A DNA stretch of 64,000 nt from an uncultured Nitrospinota bacterium. Lineage in GTDB: Bacteria; Tectomicrobia; Entotheonellia; J063; CAVPRW01. The notes under the pieces were generated by a model. That model saw nothing but the letters and a program-made list of their open reading frames with translations, had not been told where the DNA came from and searched no databases. Each line of letters opens with the position of its first letter. Position 1 is the first letter of the stretch. The translations under genes and the position numbers were made by a program. The stretch lies in contig CAVPRW010000029.1 of NCBI GenBank assembly GCA_963707985.1, positions 1 through 64,000 on the forward strand. The letters run 5' to 3'. Positions 43,532 through 54,510 of the stretch are shown one piece after another.

Positions 43532-43633
43532 AGAACGCCTGCATCGTCTTTGCATTCGCCAAGACCGACGGGGTGCCGACGGCCGGTGCCGTTGACCCAC
43601 GGTTGGCGCAACCGTCAGAGGAAAGGCCCCGAT

Positions 43634-43806
43634 CATGAGAGTGCCTCCAGCAGCGCCTTGGCCTCCCGCAGGTCGGCGGCGTCAAAGCCCTCAGTGAACC
43701 AGCCGTAGATCGGCGGCAGCAGCTCAAGCGCGTCGTCGCGCTGGCCCTGCTGCCGCCACAGCCGACTGAGGCTTGTCGCCACCCGGAACTCCCAGGATTT
43801 AGCCTG
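43634..43806 (-). pseudogene. C-terminal tail of a cyclase/AAA-TPR protein
   Basis: QAKSWEFRVATSLSRLWRQQG...[26 protein letters not shown] shorter equivalent ([18 protein letters not shown]) lies at about 38560-38613. Confidence 0.8.
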
Positions 43807-44101
43807 ACTTTTCCGTTGTGGTGTTTTGGCCTGATTTCATGCTGGATTCAGAGAAACACCCCATGAAAATGCATAAAAAGCAATAGCTTTCAATGATGCC
43901 ATCCCCTCATGACTCCATGATGGAGCTATGAGCTAGATGACAAACCAGAGTTCTTGGGGTGCAGAATCCTTTACAGCGGCCTTGTATGCTACGACTCATC
44001 ATCGAGTTGTATTCTCAACTTATTGATAGAAAAGCACTCTCATACGGTATAATCCGCAATTCCGCATGCACACTCGCTGAAATCATGATACGGAAAAGTA
44101 G
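43804..44101. mobile_element. Possible non-autonomous IS remnant/MITE (about 300 bp)
   Basis: AT-rich non-coding block bounded by inverted ACTTTTCCGT / ACGGAAAAGT. Abuts the cyclase-tail breakpoint. Confidence 0.4.
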
Positions 44102-44159
44102 TTAGAGTCTATTGCCGGATATCGCAGCTCTAATTTTACCAGGCCAAGATGGAAGCCCC

Positions 44160-45056
44160 TCAATAATCTTTCGGATCGAGGGCATCGTGCAGCCCGTCTC
44201 CAACCACATTGAAGGCGAGAACTGTCACAAAGATGGCGAGCCCTGGCCACCAGGCCATCCAGGGAGCCTGGTTCAGAAACCCTTGCGCGACGTTCAGCAT
44301 CGAGCCCCAGCTCGGGGTGGGAGGCTGCACGCCCAAGCCTAAGAAGGAGAGTGTCGATTCGGCGATAATCGCACCCGCGATGCTGACCGTGGCCTGCACC
44401 ATGAGCGGGGCAAAGCTGTTCGGCAAGATGTAGCGCCAGAAGATGCGCAGGTCCGACGCCCCCACCGCGCGGACCCCTTGGACGTAATCCTCTTCGCGGA
44501 CGGCTAACACCTGGCCACGCGTGAGCCGTACGAATCCAGGGACTGCCGCCAACCCAATAGCACATGTGGCATTGGTGAGCGAGGGGCCTAACGTGGCGGC
44601 GAGTGCGATGGCCAAAATGAGGAAAGGAAACGCCAGGAGGGCATCCGTAAGGCGCATGATCACCTGATCCAAGCGTCCGCGATAATAGCCCGAGATGAGT
44701 CCCACAGGGACACCCGCCACTACGGCAAGCAGCACGGAGAGCACACCTGCGAGCAGGGAGACCTGGGCGCCCCAGATCACCCGCGACAGCACATCGCGGC
44801 CCAGGTCATCCGTGCCGAGCCAGTTGTGGGCATCTGCCGGCTTGCGGATCTTCGACCAGTTCGTGGCCTGGGGATGATAGGGAGCCAGCCAGGGTGCACC
44901 GAGCGCTGCGGTGGCGAAGCCAACGATAACCACCGCGCCAATGAGCGCCAGACGCCGCCGGGTGAAGCGCCGCACCAGGCGGCGCCCCCGCTGCCAGAGG
45001 GACAGGCTCTCTGCGGGTCCTGACACTATGGGTGCCTGTATCACCGTGGACCTCAT
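44160..45056 (-). CDS. Peptide/nickel ABC transporter permease (DppC/OppC-like)
   Basis: LGTDDLGRDVLSR, ESTLSFLGLG, PSWGSML. Confidence 0.93.
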   Translation of the reverse strand: MRSTVIQAPIVSGPAESLSLWQRGRRLVRRFTRRRLALIGAVVIVGFATAALGAPWLAPYHPQATNWSKIRKPADAHNWLGTDDLGRDVLSRVIWGAQVSLLAGVLSVLLAVVAGVPVGLISGYYRGRLDQVIMRLTDALLAFPFLILAIALAATLGPSLTNATCAIGLAAVPGFVRLTRGQVLAVREEDYVQGVRAVGASDLRIFWRYILPNSFAPLMVQATVSIAGAIIAESTLSFLGLGVQPPTPSWGSMLNVAQGFLNQAPWMAWWPGLAIFVTVLAFNVVGDGLHDALDPKDY

Positions 45057-46012
45057 TCTCCTTCCGCTCCCTCCAGTCGAATACGCGGATTGATCAGGGA
45101 ATATGCGATATCGACCAGCAGATTCACCAACAGATAGCCGACGGCGGTAATCAGGACAACCGCCTGCACCTGCGCGTAATCTCGGCTAAAGACGCCGTCG
45201 AGACTGTACTTCCCAAAGCCAGGGATGAGGAAAACTTGCTCGGTGATGATGGCGCCGCCAAAGAGGGCACCAGCTTGTAATCCCAAGACGGTCACGGCGG
45301 GTATCAATGCGTTGCGCAGGGCATGTTTATAGACCACGGGGCGTTCAGCCAGTCCTTTGGCGCGGGCGGTTCGCACGTAGTCCGCTTGCAAGACCGCGAG
45401 TATGCTGCTCCGGATCTGACGCATCAAGACGGCAGTTAACCCCGTGCCCAGTACGAAGGCCGGCATGAGCATGCGCCGGAGATTCTCCACCAGGTTGTCA
45501 CACGGGGAGACATAGCCCGAGGCGGGCAGCCAGTGCCAGTGCACGGAGAGCCAGAGAATCAACATGATGCCCAACCAGAAATGTGGCACCGAGAGTCCAA
45601 AGAGCGCCACAGCATTGCCGAGATAATCCCACACCGTGCCCTTTCGTACCGCCGAGAGCACGCCAGCCGGGAGAGCAATCACGATGGCTACCAGGAGGGC
45701 GAAAAGCGCCAGTTCCAGCGTAATCGGCAGCCGGCGCATGATTTCGTCCCGGACGTCGATGCCGGTGCGAATCGAGCGCCCCAGGTCGCCCTGTACCGCC
45801 AGGCCGAGCCAGGTGAGATACTGCAGGGGGATCGGTTGATCCAGGCCGTACTTACGTCGGAAGAACGCCAGTGACTCCGGGTCTTGCTCTTCACCGGCCC
45901 AGACGCGCACCGGGTCCCCCGGCAACAGGCGTTGACTGGCAAAGACCATGAGCGTGATGAGAAACAAGACGATGAGCGAAATCAACAGGCGGCGGACAAT
46001 GAACTGTATCAC
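45053..46012 (-). CDS. Peptide/nickel ABC transporter permease (DppB/OppB-like)
   Basis: GDLGRS, DYVRTARAKGL, HALRNAL, DIAYSLINPRIR. Confidence 0.93.
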   Translation of the reverse strand: MIQFIVRRLLISLIVLFLITLMVFASQRLLPGDPVRVWAGEEQDPESLAFFRRKYGLDQPIPLQYLTWLGLAVQGDLGRSIRTGIDVRDEIMRRLPITLELALFALLVAIVIALPAGVLSAVRKGTVWDYLGNAVALFGLSVPHFWLGIMLILWLSVHWHWLPASGYVSPCDNLVENLRRMLMPAFVLGTGLTAVLMRQIRSSILAVLQADYVRTARAKGLAERPVVYKHALRNALIPAVTVLGLQAGALFGGAIITEQVFLIPGFGKYSLDGVFSRDYAQVQAVVLITAVGYLLVNLLVDIAYSLINPRIRLEGAEGE

Positions 46013-46029
46013 CGCCCTCGCGCCTCCTC

Positions 46030-47628
46030 TTACTGTCCGATCTTAACTCCTTGAAAGCGGAGCAAGCCATCCGGGACCGCCACAAAGCCAGTCACCTTTT
46101 TGTTCAGGGCGACGAAATTCACGGGATGCCAGAGGTACATGATGTTGCGCCGCGTCAGGAATGAGCGCTCAAGCGGTGCTTGCACGTCCATCACCTGTGC
46201 GTATAACACGGCACGCTGGGCCCTGTCGTCCACGGCGCGCGTCTGCTTCAGGACCTCATCGATGGCTTGATCACACACCCCCGTCACATTCTGCGAGGCC
46301 CCACAGGTGTGGAAATTATAGATGTTTCCATCCGGATCGATGCGTCCACTCCAGCCAATCAGAAACGCCTCGTATTTCCCCGCGTCCTGCAGATTCAGGG
46401 CGGTGGCGAACTCCACCGGGTTGATCGTGACCTCGAAGCCGGTTTCGGCTGCCATCGCCTTGATGACTTCGCCCGTGCGGATCGCATCCGGCGCGTTGGT
46501 GGTCATCAGGGTGAACTTCATGGGTGTAGGGACACCCGCTTGCGCCAGCAATTGTTTCGCCTTGGCGACATCACGCTCGGCGCACGTCATCCCCTGCGGA
46601 TAGAAAACGCTCAGCGTCGGAATCGGCAGACAATTGGGCAGGAACTCGCCGTTGTTGATGACGTCATTGAGCACTTTGCGATCGATGCTGACCTCCAACG
46701 CTTCCCGCACCCGCGGGTCCTTGGCGAGCGGCGTGTTCAACGGTCTCGGGGCCTTGCTAAGGCCGTCGCTATTAGCGATGTTGATGGTGATGCCCTGGTA
46801 GCCCAGGCCGACCACTGAGGAGAGCACCACATTTCGATCCTTACGAACTTCAGCGAGGTCGGTGGGACGCACGCGCTCGAACAGGTCCAATTCACCAGCT
46901 TGTAGATTCGCCAGCCGCACACTGGGATCGACGATAATCTTAAAGACGATCTGATCAACGAAAACCTTGTCTCGCTCCCAGTATTCGGCAAAACGCTCCA
47001 GCACGATCCGATCCTGCGCGACGCGCTCCTTGAACTTGAATGGTCCCGCACAGACAGGCTGCGTGCCGAATTTCTCCCCCAGCGCTTGCACCGCCTGCGG
47101 CGAAACCATCATACCGGCGCGATCTGTCAACTGCGCCAGGAACGGTGCAAAGGGGTTATGCAGGGTGAGACGAATGGTGAAGGCATCGACGACCTCGACT
47201 TTGTCGAGGGAAGCAATATCGCTTTTACGCTGCGAACCGGGCAGGTTGACATGTCTCTCCAGGCTGAATTTAGCGGCCTCGGCGTTGAAATCCGTGCCAT
47301 CGTGGAATTTGACGCCCTGGCGCAGGGGGATCGTCAGGGTCTTCCCATCGGCGGCACGTTGTGGCAGACTCGCCGCCAGCTGCGGCACGATCTGTAAGGC
47401 AGGGTCGATTTCATAAAGCTTATCGCACAGGCTGGCGAAAACGATTCGTCCAACGAACGTGCGCGCCAGGGTAGGATCCAGAATATCTGGATCTTCGGCC
47501 AACCCCACCCGCAGGACTTGCGGCGTTTGGGCATACCCACTCGGTGTGGGTGGCAGGGTCAGCCCCAGGCTCATAACAAGGAGCCCCAGCACGGCACAGC
47601 GGAACCAACCGACCAGCAGATTCATCAA
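46030..47628 (-). CDS. ABC transporter substrate-binding protein, family 5 (DppA-like)
   Basis: Signal peptide, LRQGVKFHDGTDFNAEA, GPFKF. Confidence 0.93.
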   Translation of the reverse strand: MMNLLVGWFRCAVLGLLVMSLGLTLPPTPSGYAQTPQVLRVGLAEDPDILDPTLARTFVGRIVFASLCDKLYEIDPALQIVPQLAASLPQRAADGKTLTIPLRQGVKFHDGTDFNAEAAKFSLERHVNLPGSQRKSDIASLDKVEVVDAFTIRLTLHNPFAPFLAQLTDRAGMMVSPQAVQALGEKFGTQPVCAGPFKFKERVAQDRIVLERFAEYWERDKVFVDQIVFKIIVDPSVRLANLQAGELDLFERVRPTDLAEVRKDRNVVLSSVVGLGYQGITINIANSDGLSKAPRPLNTPLAKDPRVREALEVSIDRKVLNDVINNGEFLPNCLPIPTLSVFYPQGMTCAERDVAKAKQLLAQAGVPTPMKFTLMTTNAPDAIRTGEVIKAMAAETGFEVTINPVEFATALNLQDAGKYEAFLIGWSGRIDPDGNIYNFHTCGASQNVTGVCDQAIDEVLKQTRAVDDRAQRAVLYAQVMDVQAPLERSFLTRRNIMYLWHPVNFVALNKKVTGFVAVPDGLLRFQGVKIGQ

Positions 47629-47701
47629 CGTAACCCCCTCTGTGTCAGGCGTAACTCCCTCTTGCGGGCAAACCCATCTGGCAGGATAGCCTCAGTGTCC
47701 C

Positions 47702-50700
47702 TCAGTGTCCCTCCACCTGCACCATCGTCGCCTCCGTCTGGGGAAGCCAGAAGGTCATTTCCATGGCGCGGTACAGGGCGATGGCGGCGGCCAACTCGGC
47801 ACGCGCCTGCTCCCGCTGGCTGGTCGCGGCATACAGGGTGCCGAGCCCGCGATGGCAGTGGGCCAGGAGTGGGCGCATGCCGAGTTCTTCGGCCAGGGTG
47901 AGGGCCTGGCGGTAGTAATCTTTGGCCGACTCGACCTCTGGAGGCTCGTGATGCGCGGCGATCTCACCGAGCAGGTGCAGGGCATAGGCTTGGTATCCAC
48001 GTTGCTTGTACTCCTGGGCGAGGCTGAGGGCATGCTGCGCACGTTTGAGCGCATCCTCGATGCGGCCGGCCAGTACATATGCCTTGCTCAGATGAACAAA
48101 GTAGAGTGCATGGCCGCCCCTTCTTCCCTGCGAGGCGGCCTGCTCCAGCAGCGGCAGGGCCTCAAGAACCCGCCCAGACAGGGCATACGCGGTGCCCAAG
48201 GCCCGCGTCACCTGGGGCAATCAAGGTCGGAATGTCCCAGGCCTGGCAGAGTTCAAGGCCACGTTCGAGCACAGGGATGCCTCGGTGGACAGTCCCCTTG
48301 GTCGAGGTAGAGCTTGCCGATCCCGGAATACGCCCAAATGAGGCTAAAGGGGTGATCCATCGTCTCAGCGATCCGGACCCCTTCTTCTCCTCTGGCGGTG
48401 CCCTCGGCGAACGCTCCCAGCTCGGCCAGGGACCAGCTCAAGTAAGTACGGGAGAGCACGGAGGGAAGGCCGGTCATGCCGAAGCGCTCACGGATCAGGT
48501 CACCTTCAAGGGACGCCACATTCCACCTGAGGCAGTCGAGCGCCCGACCGTAGTCACCCAGGTCATAGTAGACAGAGCCAGATAGAAATTCGCTATGGAC
48601 CTGAAGGCCGACATCCCCAAGGGTGGTGGCGAGCGCGAGCGCGCGCTGCCCGGACTCACGGGCACGGTCCAGGTCACTCATCATCCTGAAAGTATTCGGT
48701 CATATAGACGGAGACCTGCCCCAGCCGCTGGCGATCGTCCAAGACCTGGGCGAGGGTCTCCGCCTCGCGCAGGTGGTCGAAGATGCGCGCCTGATCTCCA
48801 AGCGGCAGGAGCGCATTGCGCAGGTCGAAGCGCAGATCGATGGCCTGCTCCCAGGTAGTCTGGCTGCTCAGGGAGATGCTGCAGGGCGATCAGCGCCTGC
48901 TCAAAGCACCCTACCGCTTCCCGGTGGGCCGAACGCGCCGTCGCTTTGGCACCGGCCTGACGACAGTAACGCAGGGCCTTCTCCCACACCTCACCCCGGA
49001 AGGCATGGTGCGCCAGCCGTTCGACCTGTTCGGCCAGGCGGTCGGGAGAGAGCCGTTCGATGGCTTCGACGATCCCGGCGTGGAGGGCGCGCCGTCGCTC
49101 ACGCAGGAGACTGCCGTAGGCCACCTCGTGCGTGAGGGCGTGCTTAAACGTGTATTCGAGCTCGGGAAAGAGGCGCGTCTCATAGAGGAACTCAGCCGTC
49201 TGCAGGTGGGCGAGCGCCCCGGCGCAGGGTCTCCTCGGAGAGTGCGGCGATGGCCTGCAGCAGCGCGAAGGGGACGTCATTGCCAATGACCGCGGCGGTC
49301 TGGAGGAGGCGCTTCTCCTCGGGCGGCAATCGGTCCATACGGGCGGCGAGGACCGCCTGGACGGTGGCCGGGCACCTGGATGGTTGGCAGCGACCTGCGC
49401 CAGGCGATAGGCCCCAGGCTCACCGACCAGGACGCCTGGCTCTCGACCAGGGTGCGGACGCTCTCTTCCAGGAAGAACGGATTCCCCTCAGTGCGCGTGA
49501 TCAGCAGGTCGCTGGAGCGGTTGCAGGCTCGCGATCGTCCCCGAGCAGGACCTGGAGGAATCCGTCAGCACTGACGGCTGGCAGCGGGTCGAGGCGCAGC
49601 TGGGCGTAGTAGGTCTTACTGCCCCAGCCGTGCTGGTACTCGGGGCGGTAGTTGACGAGGAGGAGGAGGCGCGCGGTCGGCAGGCTTTCAACGAGGCTAT
49701 CGAGGAACGCCTGGGTCTCGGTATCGATCCAGTGGAGGTTTTCGCAGACCAGCAGCACCGGCTGGACCTGACTCTCGCGCAGCAGGAGGCGCTTGAGCGC
49801 GTCCAGGGTCCGCTGGCGGCGTTGGGGCGGATCGAGGGCCTGCCACGCGCGGTCGTCCACCGGCACATCCAGGAGCGCGAGCACGGCAGGCAGGAGCGGG
49901 GCGAGGGCTGGATCCAGCGTACCCAGTTTGCCGGTGACTTTCTCGCGCATCTGCCCCTCGTCATCGCGTGCCTCGAGCTGAAAGTAGGCGTTGAGCAGCT
50001 CACGGACAGGGTGATAGGGCGTCGCCTGCCCGTAGGAGGTCGCCTGACTTTCGAGCAGGAGCCACCCCTGGGTCCACGGGGCACAGAGGAACTCGTAGAA
50101 GAGGCGGGTCTTCCCCACCCCAGGCTCCCCGATGACGGCCACGAGCTGGCCGTGGCCCGCACCGGCCAGCGCATGGGCTTGGCGCATCGCCTCGAACTCC
50201 GCTTGTCGCCCCACGAAGCGCGTGAGCGCACGGGCTGCGAAGGCCTGGAGGCGCGTCCGAGGAGGCCCGGCACCCACCAGCTCAAAGACCTCGAGAGGCT
50301 GTGCCAGCCCCCTGATCGGCGTCAGGCCGAGCGGCTTGACCTGGACCACCTCCTCGGCGAGCCGGAGGGTCTCCGCCGTCAGCAGGATGCTCCCAGGCGT
50401 GGCGAGCTGTTCCATGCGGGCCGCCAGATGCGTGGTCTGCCCGATGGCCGAGTAATCCATATGCAGATCGTTGCCGATAGCACGGACCACGACTTCACCT
50501 GAGTTGAGCCCCACCCGGATCTGGATCTCGACCTGGTGAGTCTGGCGGACCTGGTCGGCGTATGCCCTGATCGCCTCTTGCATGGCCAGGGCGGCATAGC
50601 AGGCCCGCACGGCATGATCTTCATGGGCGATGGGAGCGCCGAAGAGCGCCATGATGCCATCGCCCATGACCTGATTGACGGTGCCTTCATACCGATGCAC

Positions 50701-51140
50701 CGCGGCCATCATCCGTTCCAGCACGGGATCGAGGAGCTGGCGGGCCTCTCAGGATCACGGTCGGCCAGGAGCTCCATCGAGCCTTTGAGGTCGGCAAACA
50801 GCACGGTGACCTGTTTGCGCTCGCCTTCCAGCGCACTGCGGGAGGTGAGGATCTTCTCAGCAAGATATGGTGGCGTGTAGGTCAGCGGTGTCACGGTGCT
50901 GGATATCTTGCTGGGACTGGCAGTGGCGAGGGGCGTAGTGCCAGAGTCGCCCGATCCAGACCAGGACTGCGGCCCGTCGTCATCGCGCAGCGAGGTGATG
51001 GGCGTCAGATGAGTTCGTCCTTGAGCTCCTCGAGGGCGTCGTCATCCAGCTGAAACTGCCGCTGTGAGTGCTCGGTACGTCACACGCTGCCGCTGACGGA
51101 GCAGGTCGACCACCTGATCGAGGATGGTGTAAAAGTCCAT
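47702..51140 (-). pseudogene. Second cyclase - AAA ATPase - TPR paralog with many frameshifts
   Basis: Starts MDFYTILDQVVDLLRQRQRVTYRAL. Colinear with 39491-42875 but broken across numerous ORFs by single-base indels. Confidence 0.85.
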
Positions 51141-51254
51141 CTGGGACCCTCCTACACGGTCGGAGGTGATTCCGGACCCACGGCGGCACACGGTCAAGAG
51201 AGGGCAGACACGCGCGCTATGTACCACAGATGACGGGGAAAGGAAAGCGGGAAG

Positions 51255-51355
51255 TGTGCAATGGCGTCAGGTTGGGGTCGCCGCCGAGGACGGCCCGCAG
51301 CAATGCGTCGGCGCTTGCCGGCGGCAGCGGGTCGAGCCGCAGTTGTGTGTAAGTA
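51255..51355 (-). pseudogene. Short internal cyclase/AAA paralog fragment
   Basis: YTQLRLDPLPPASADALLRAVLGGDPNLTPL, homologous to the region near 41320-41395. Confidence 0.7.
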
Positions 51356-51356
51356 A

Positions 51357-52571
51357 CTACCCAGGTAGGTTAAAGGTCCCGCCGCAATCAGTAGCCTTAC
51401 TGAATGTCTGAGGAAGAGATACAAGGGTTCCCATCAAAGGCGTCCCGGATGGCCTCAAAGACGTTTGTAACTGCTCTGCCTTCAGTAAAGTCTGAAACTC
51501 ATCGACTTGCCCCTGGTCAAGATTTAATTTCCAGTAGCCGGGATCGCCGACCACCTCGTTCACGTTCGTTACCCGCGTCAGGCTCGGAGCGGCGCTCGCG
51601 CCGGTTTCACCGCCGAGGTGCCCTTGGAGTGCTCCCTGTGGAGTGTCCGGCAGGGCCATATCCTTTCCCTTCAGCCATCGAAACACGTCCTCATAAACTT
51701 CGGCGATCATCGGCAGATCGCCGTGGACGCCCTTCACATAGCGTGTGTCACCGACACTTTCCAGCGCCGCAGAAGCGCCAGGGACTCGCCCGTCACCATC
51801 TCTATGGGGGTCGCCCGCGGTGCGACTCGTCACCTTCTCCGTATGCGTCCGGAGACCCCAAAACCTCTTCTCATAGGCCAGCCGGAACAGGGTTTCGCAG
51901 CCGACGCCAGCGATGACAGCCATGCGGTCGCGCTGCTCCTGTTTCAGACTCTCGTGCTTCTCGGAGACTTCGCGGTGAAACTCCTTCGCGCCGTCGAGGA
52001 CTTTTTGCAAGTTGGCGGTTTCTTCGGCGCTCAGTTCCAGCTTCCACTGCTCCGCGTCGTACATGTCGAAGTTGGCGCAGGGGTGGACGTAAGGATCGTC
52101 GGGTTCGCCGCTCGACCAGGGCTCCCTGTCGCCAGCTCGCGTGCCCGGGTAGATCCCACGCGGCGCGGGCGGCATGCCGAGCACTCCCCAGAGCGAACGG
52201 ACGGTTTCGCGGTGGAGGTAGAGGCCGAGCAACGCCATCAATCCGCGTGTACCAATATTCTGTGGTTCGATTTAGTTACGCGCGCGGGCGTCGATTCACC
52301 AGACGCCGCCACGCCCGCGTGACAGCAAGCTGCCCATTACGCCCGGTATGAAGATCAGGTTAGGCGGGATATTCATCCCGAGATGCCCCTTCCTTGCGGC
52401 CTCGCGTTCGGCGGCCAGCCTATGCAGTTCGTCATAAGCCTCCTGGCCCAGGTAGTCGCGCAGCTTGGGGGCCAGCTTGTCGTCAAGGGCCTTACCGAAT
52501 TTCTCGTTCAGCGGGGCCGTCAGGAACCCTTCAACGTCTGGGTCGTTGACAACATTCTGCTCGGTTGACAT
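51357..52571 (-). pseudogene. Lipase/acyltransferase-like (LCAT/PGAP1-like) gene, internally deleted
   Basis: LIFIPGVMGSLL at the N-terminus and DGDGRVP...HGDLP at the C-terminus. Stops near 52296; the catalytic GxSxG region is missing. Confidence 0.6.
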
Positions 52572-52582
52572 GCCTCCTCCCG

Positions 52583-54300
52583 TTTATTGGTGGACGCGCA
52601 GCGCGTCGACTTCGCTCTCGGTCGCCATGTACAACTCGTACAGACTCGTACAGGTTGATGTAGGCGTAAAGCAGGCCGCCGATGTTGCGGTACTCGCGCC
52701 AGAGGAAGCGGCGGGCCTGGAAGACGACCTCGCCGGCGGCGATAGGTTCGGGGGCGAGGTCGCGGAAGAAGAAGCTGTAGAAGATTTTGGCGAACCGGCT
52801 GGCGAACCGTATCGGGACCTTGACTTCAGTGCCGAGGTAGGAACGGCAGCCGCGCTCAAAGAAGGTTTGCTCCAACTCGTTGGCGATGTAGGGGTCGGAG
52901 GGGGCACTCGTGCAGGCGTTGATAAAGATGAGCGGGCCGCTCTCGAACGGTGTCTCGCTCAGGTCGGTCTGCTTGACGTTGTCGGACGGGTCTTTGGTCT
53001 TGCCGAAACGCAGCGCGGGCTTGTTGCCGTCGCCCACGTCTCAATGGCAGAAGCAGTAGAGCACGGGAGTGGGCTTCTGCGGGGGCTTGTTGAAAAGCGC
53101 CCGGACCTGCTGCTTGAACGAGTCGGTTATCTTACTGTTGGGCACGAACATCTGGTTGCCCCACTTCGCCCACTCGGCCTGCTGCCACCTCACCTCTTCG
53201 ACGAGTTCCTGGTCGTCGTCGCCCCAGTAGAACCCGTAGGCGCTCGCTGTGGCGTGGAGACCGCCCATGGCGGGCGACAGCCCAGTGTCCGTTGTCTCGT
53301 GCGCGAGGTAGTTGAAGCGGTAGCGCAGCCCCCAGAAATATATCGGATCGACGGGCTGTCCCAGTACTGGTGTCTGCGCGTAGAGCAGACTCCAGGGGAC
53401 GTGCGCGACCCAATGCTGGTCGATGCCCTCAAGCCAGGTGATGTTGACTCGCCCATTCGGATCAAGGCTGTTGAGCCACAGGCGCAGTTTGGTGTTGTCG
53501 GGGAAGAAAGTTTTGTAGAGTTCGTACCCGTAGTAAGCGAGGTGGAATAACTCCTGGCTGGTGGCAATCTTCTGGTTCCACACGTCCGTGTGCGCTGGGT
53601 CAGCACGGTTGCTTTCCCAAAACGTGTTTGGGTTGTTCTTGAAGTATGACAGCTTTTCATCGAGGTTTCCTCGGTCTATATTGTTGAGTTCGTCACTGAA
53701 CTTCGTGCGAAATTTGTCGGCGCTGTCGCGTACGTTCGTGATGCGGCCGGCGAGCTTCGGGAGCGGTAGGTTCCAGTCGGCGTGGCTGACAACCGAGTGC
53801 CAGCGGTTTGTGGCGGAGTCCCACACGTCGCCCCTCACGGCGGCCCTCCCATTGCCGGTGACGGTGATGGCGAGCGTGCCAAGTGGCGTTTGCCACTCGT
53901 GCTGTGGCTTCAGGCCCGTATACTCGAGCCGCGTGTGAACGACATCAGCGGCGACTTTGGCTGAAGGCTCGGTGGTCGTTTCCGGCGGCGATGCTTCCGC
54001 GACGTTCAGTTCAATTCTAAACTGACGGTGGAGCGTGTTTCGCGCGAAGATGACGATTCCGAGCTCAGACCCCTGGGCGACCAGCGGCGTAATGCACAGC
54101 TGCCGCGTGTCGCTCTCGCCACTTTTCGGGGCGCTGTCCAGGTCTATGCGGGCGTAGCGGTAGGGATCGTCGGAGCTACCGTCATGCTACTCGTCATTGT
54201 CTTCCTCTTTTCCGAAAGGTGTTGGTCACTGCGGAATCCGCGCGACCAGGTCTTTGAGCGCTCTGCGTTCCTCGTCAAGGCACTGAATGTGCTCCAATAA
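52583..54300 (-). pseudogene. CHAT (caspase-like) domain protein, disrupted
   Basis: VPWSLLY, LYCFCH, IFINACTS, YLGTEVKV, FF...AGEVVFQARR, GLLYAY. Stop at 53041-53043, further stops upstream and a 10-bp duplication at 52634. 5' boundary approximate. Confidence 0.7.
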
Positions 54301-54510
54301 CAGGTGTCGAGGACTCGGTTGCCCGCCGGCGATGAGCTGCTATATCACGAGCACGGGGCGATAATCGCTCTGGAGATTGTCACGGAAGTCGTGTCAGCGC
54401 CAAGGTCCGGGCCTTCGTTTAGAGGCCAAGCCCGCATCACTTCGTGCGCAGTCACTAGGGCAGGCCAGTCGATTCGGACAAACACGTCATGATGCCGGCC
54501 TGGGGTGTAT

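Noticed and set aside
38050..51355. Diversity-generating retroelement acting on the cyclase repeats
   Set aside because: No reverse transcriptase in the window, and differences between copies are not adenine-specific.
53041..53043. In-frame TGA in the CHAT gene (LYCFCH*DVG) as a third selenocysteine
   Set aside because: The gene has several other stops and a frameshifting duplication, and the downstream hairpin starts almost immediately and has a large loop. Ordinary decay is more likely.
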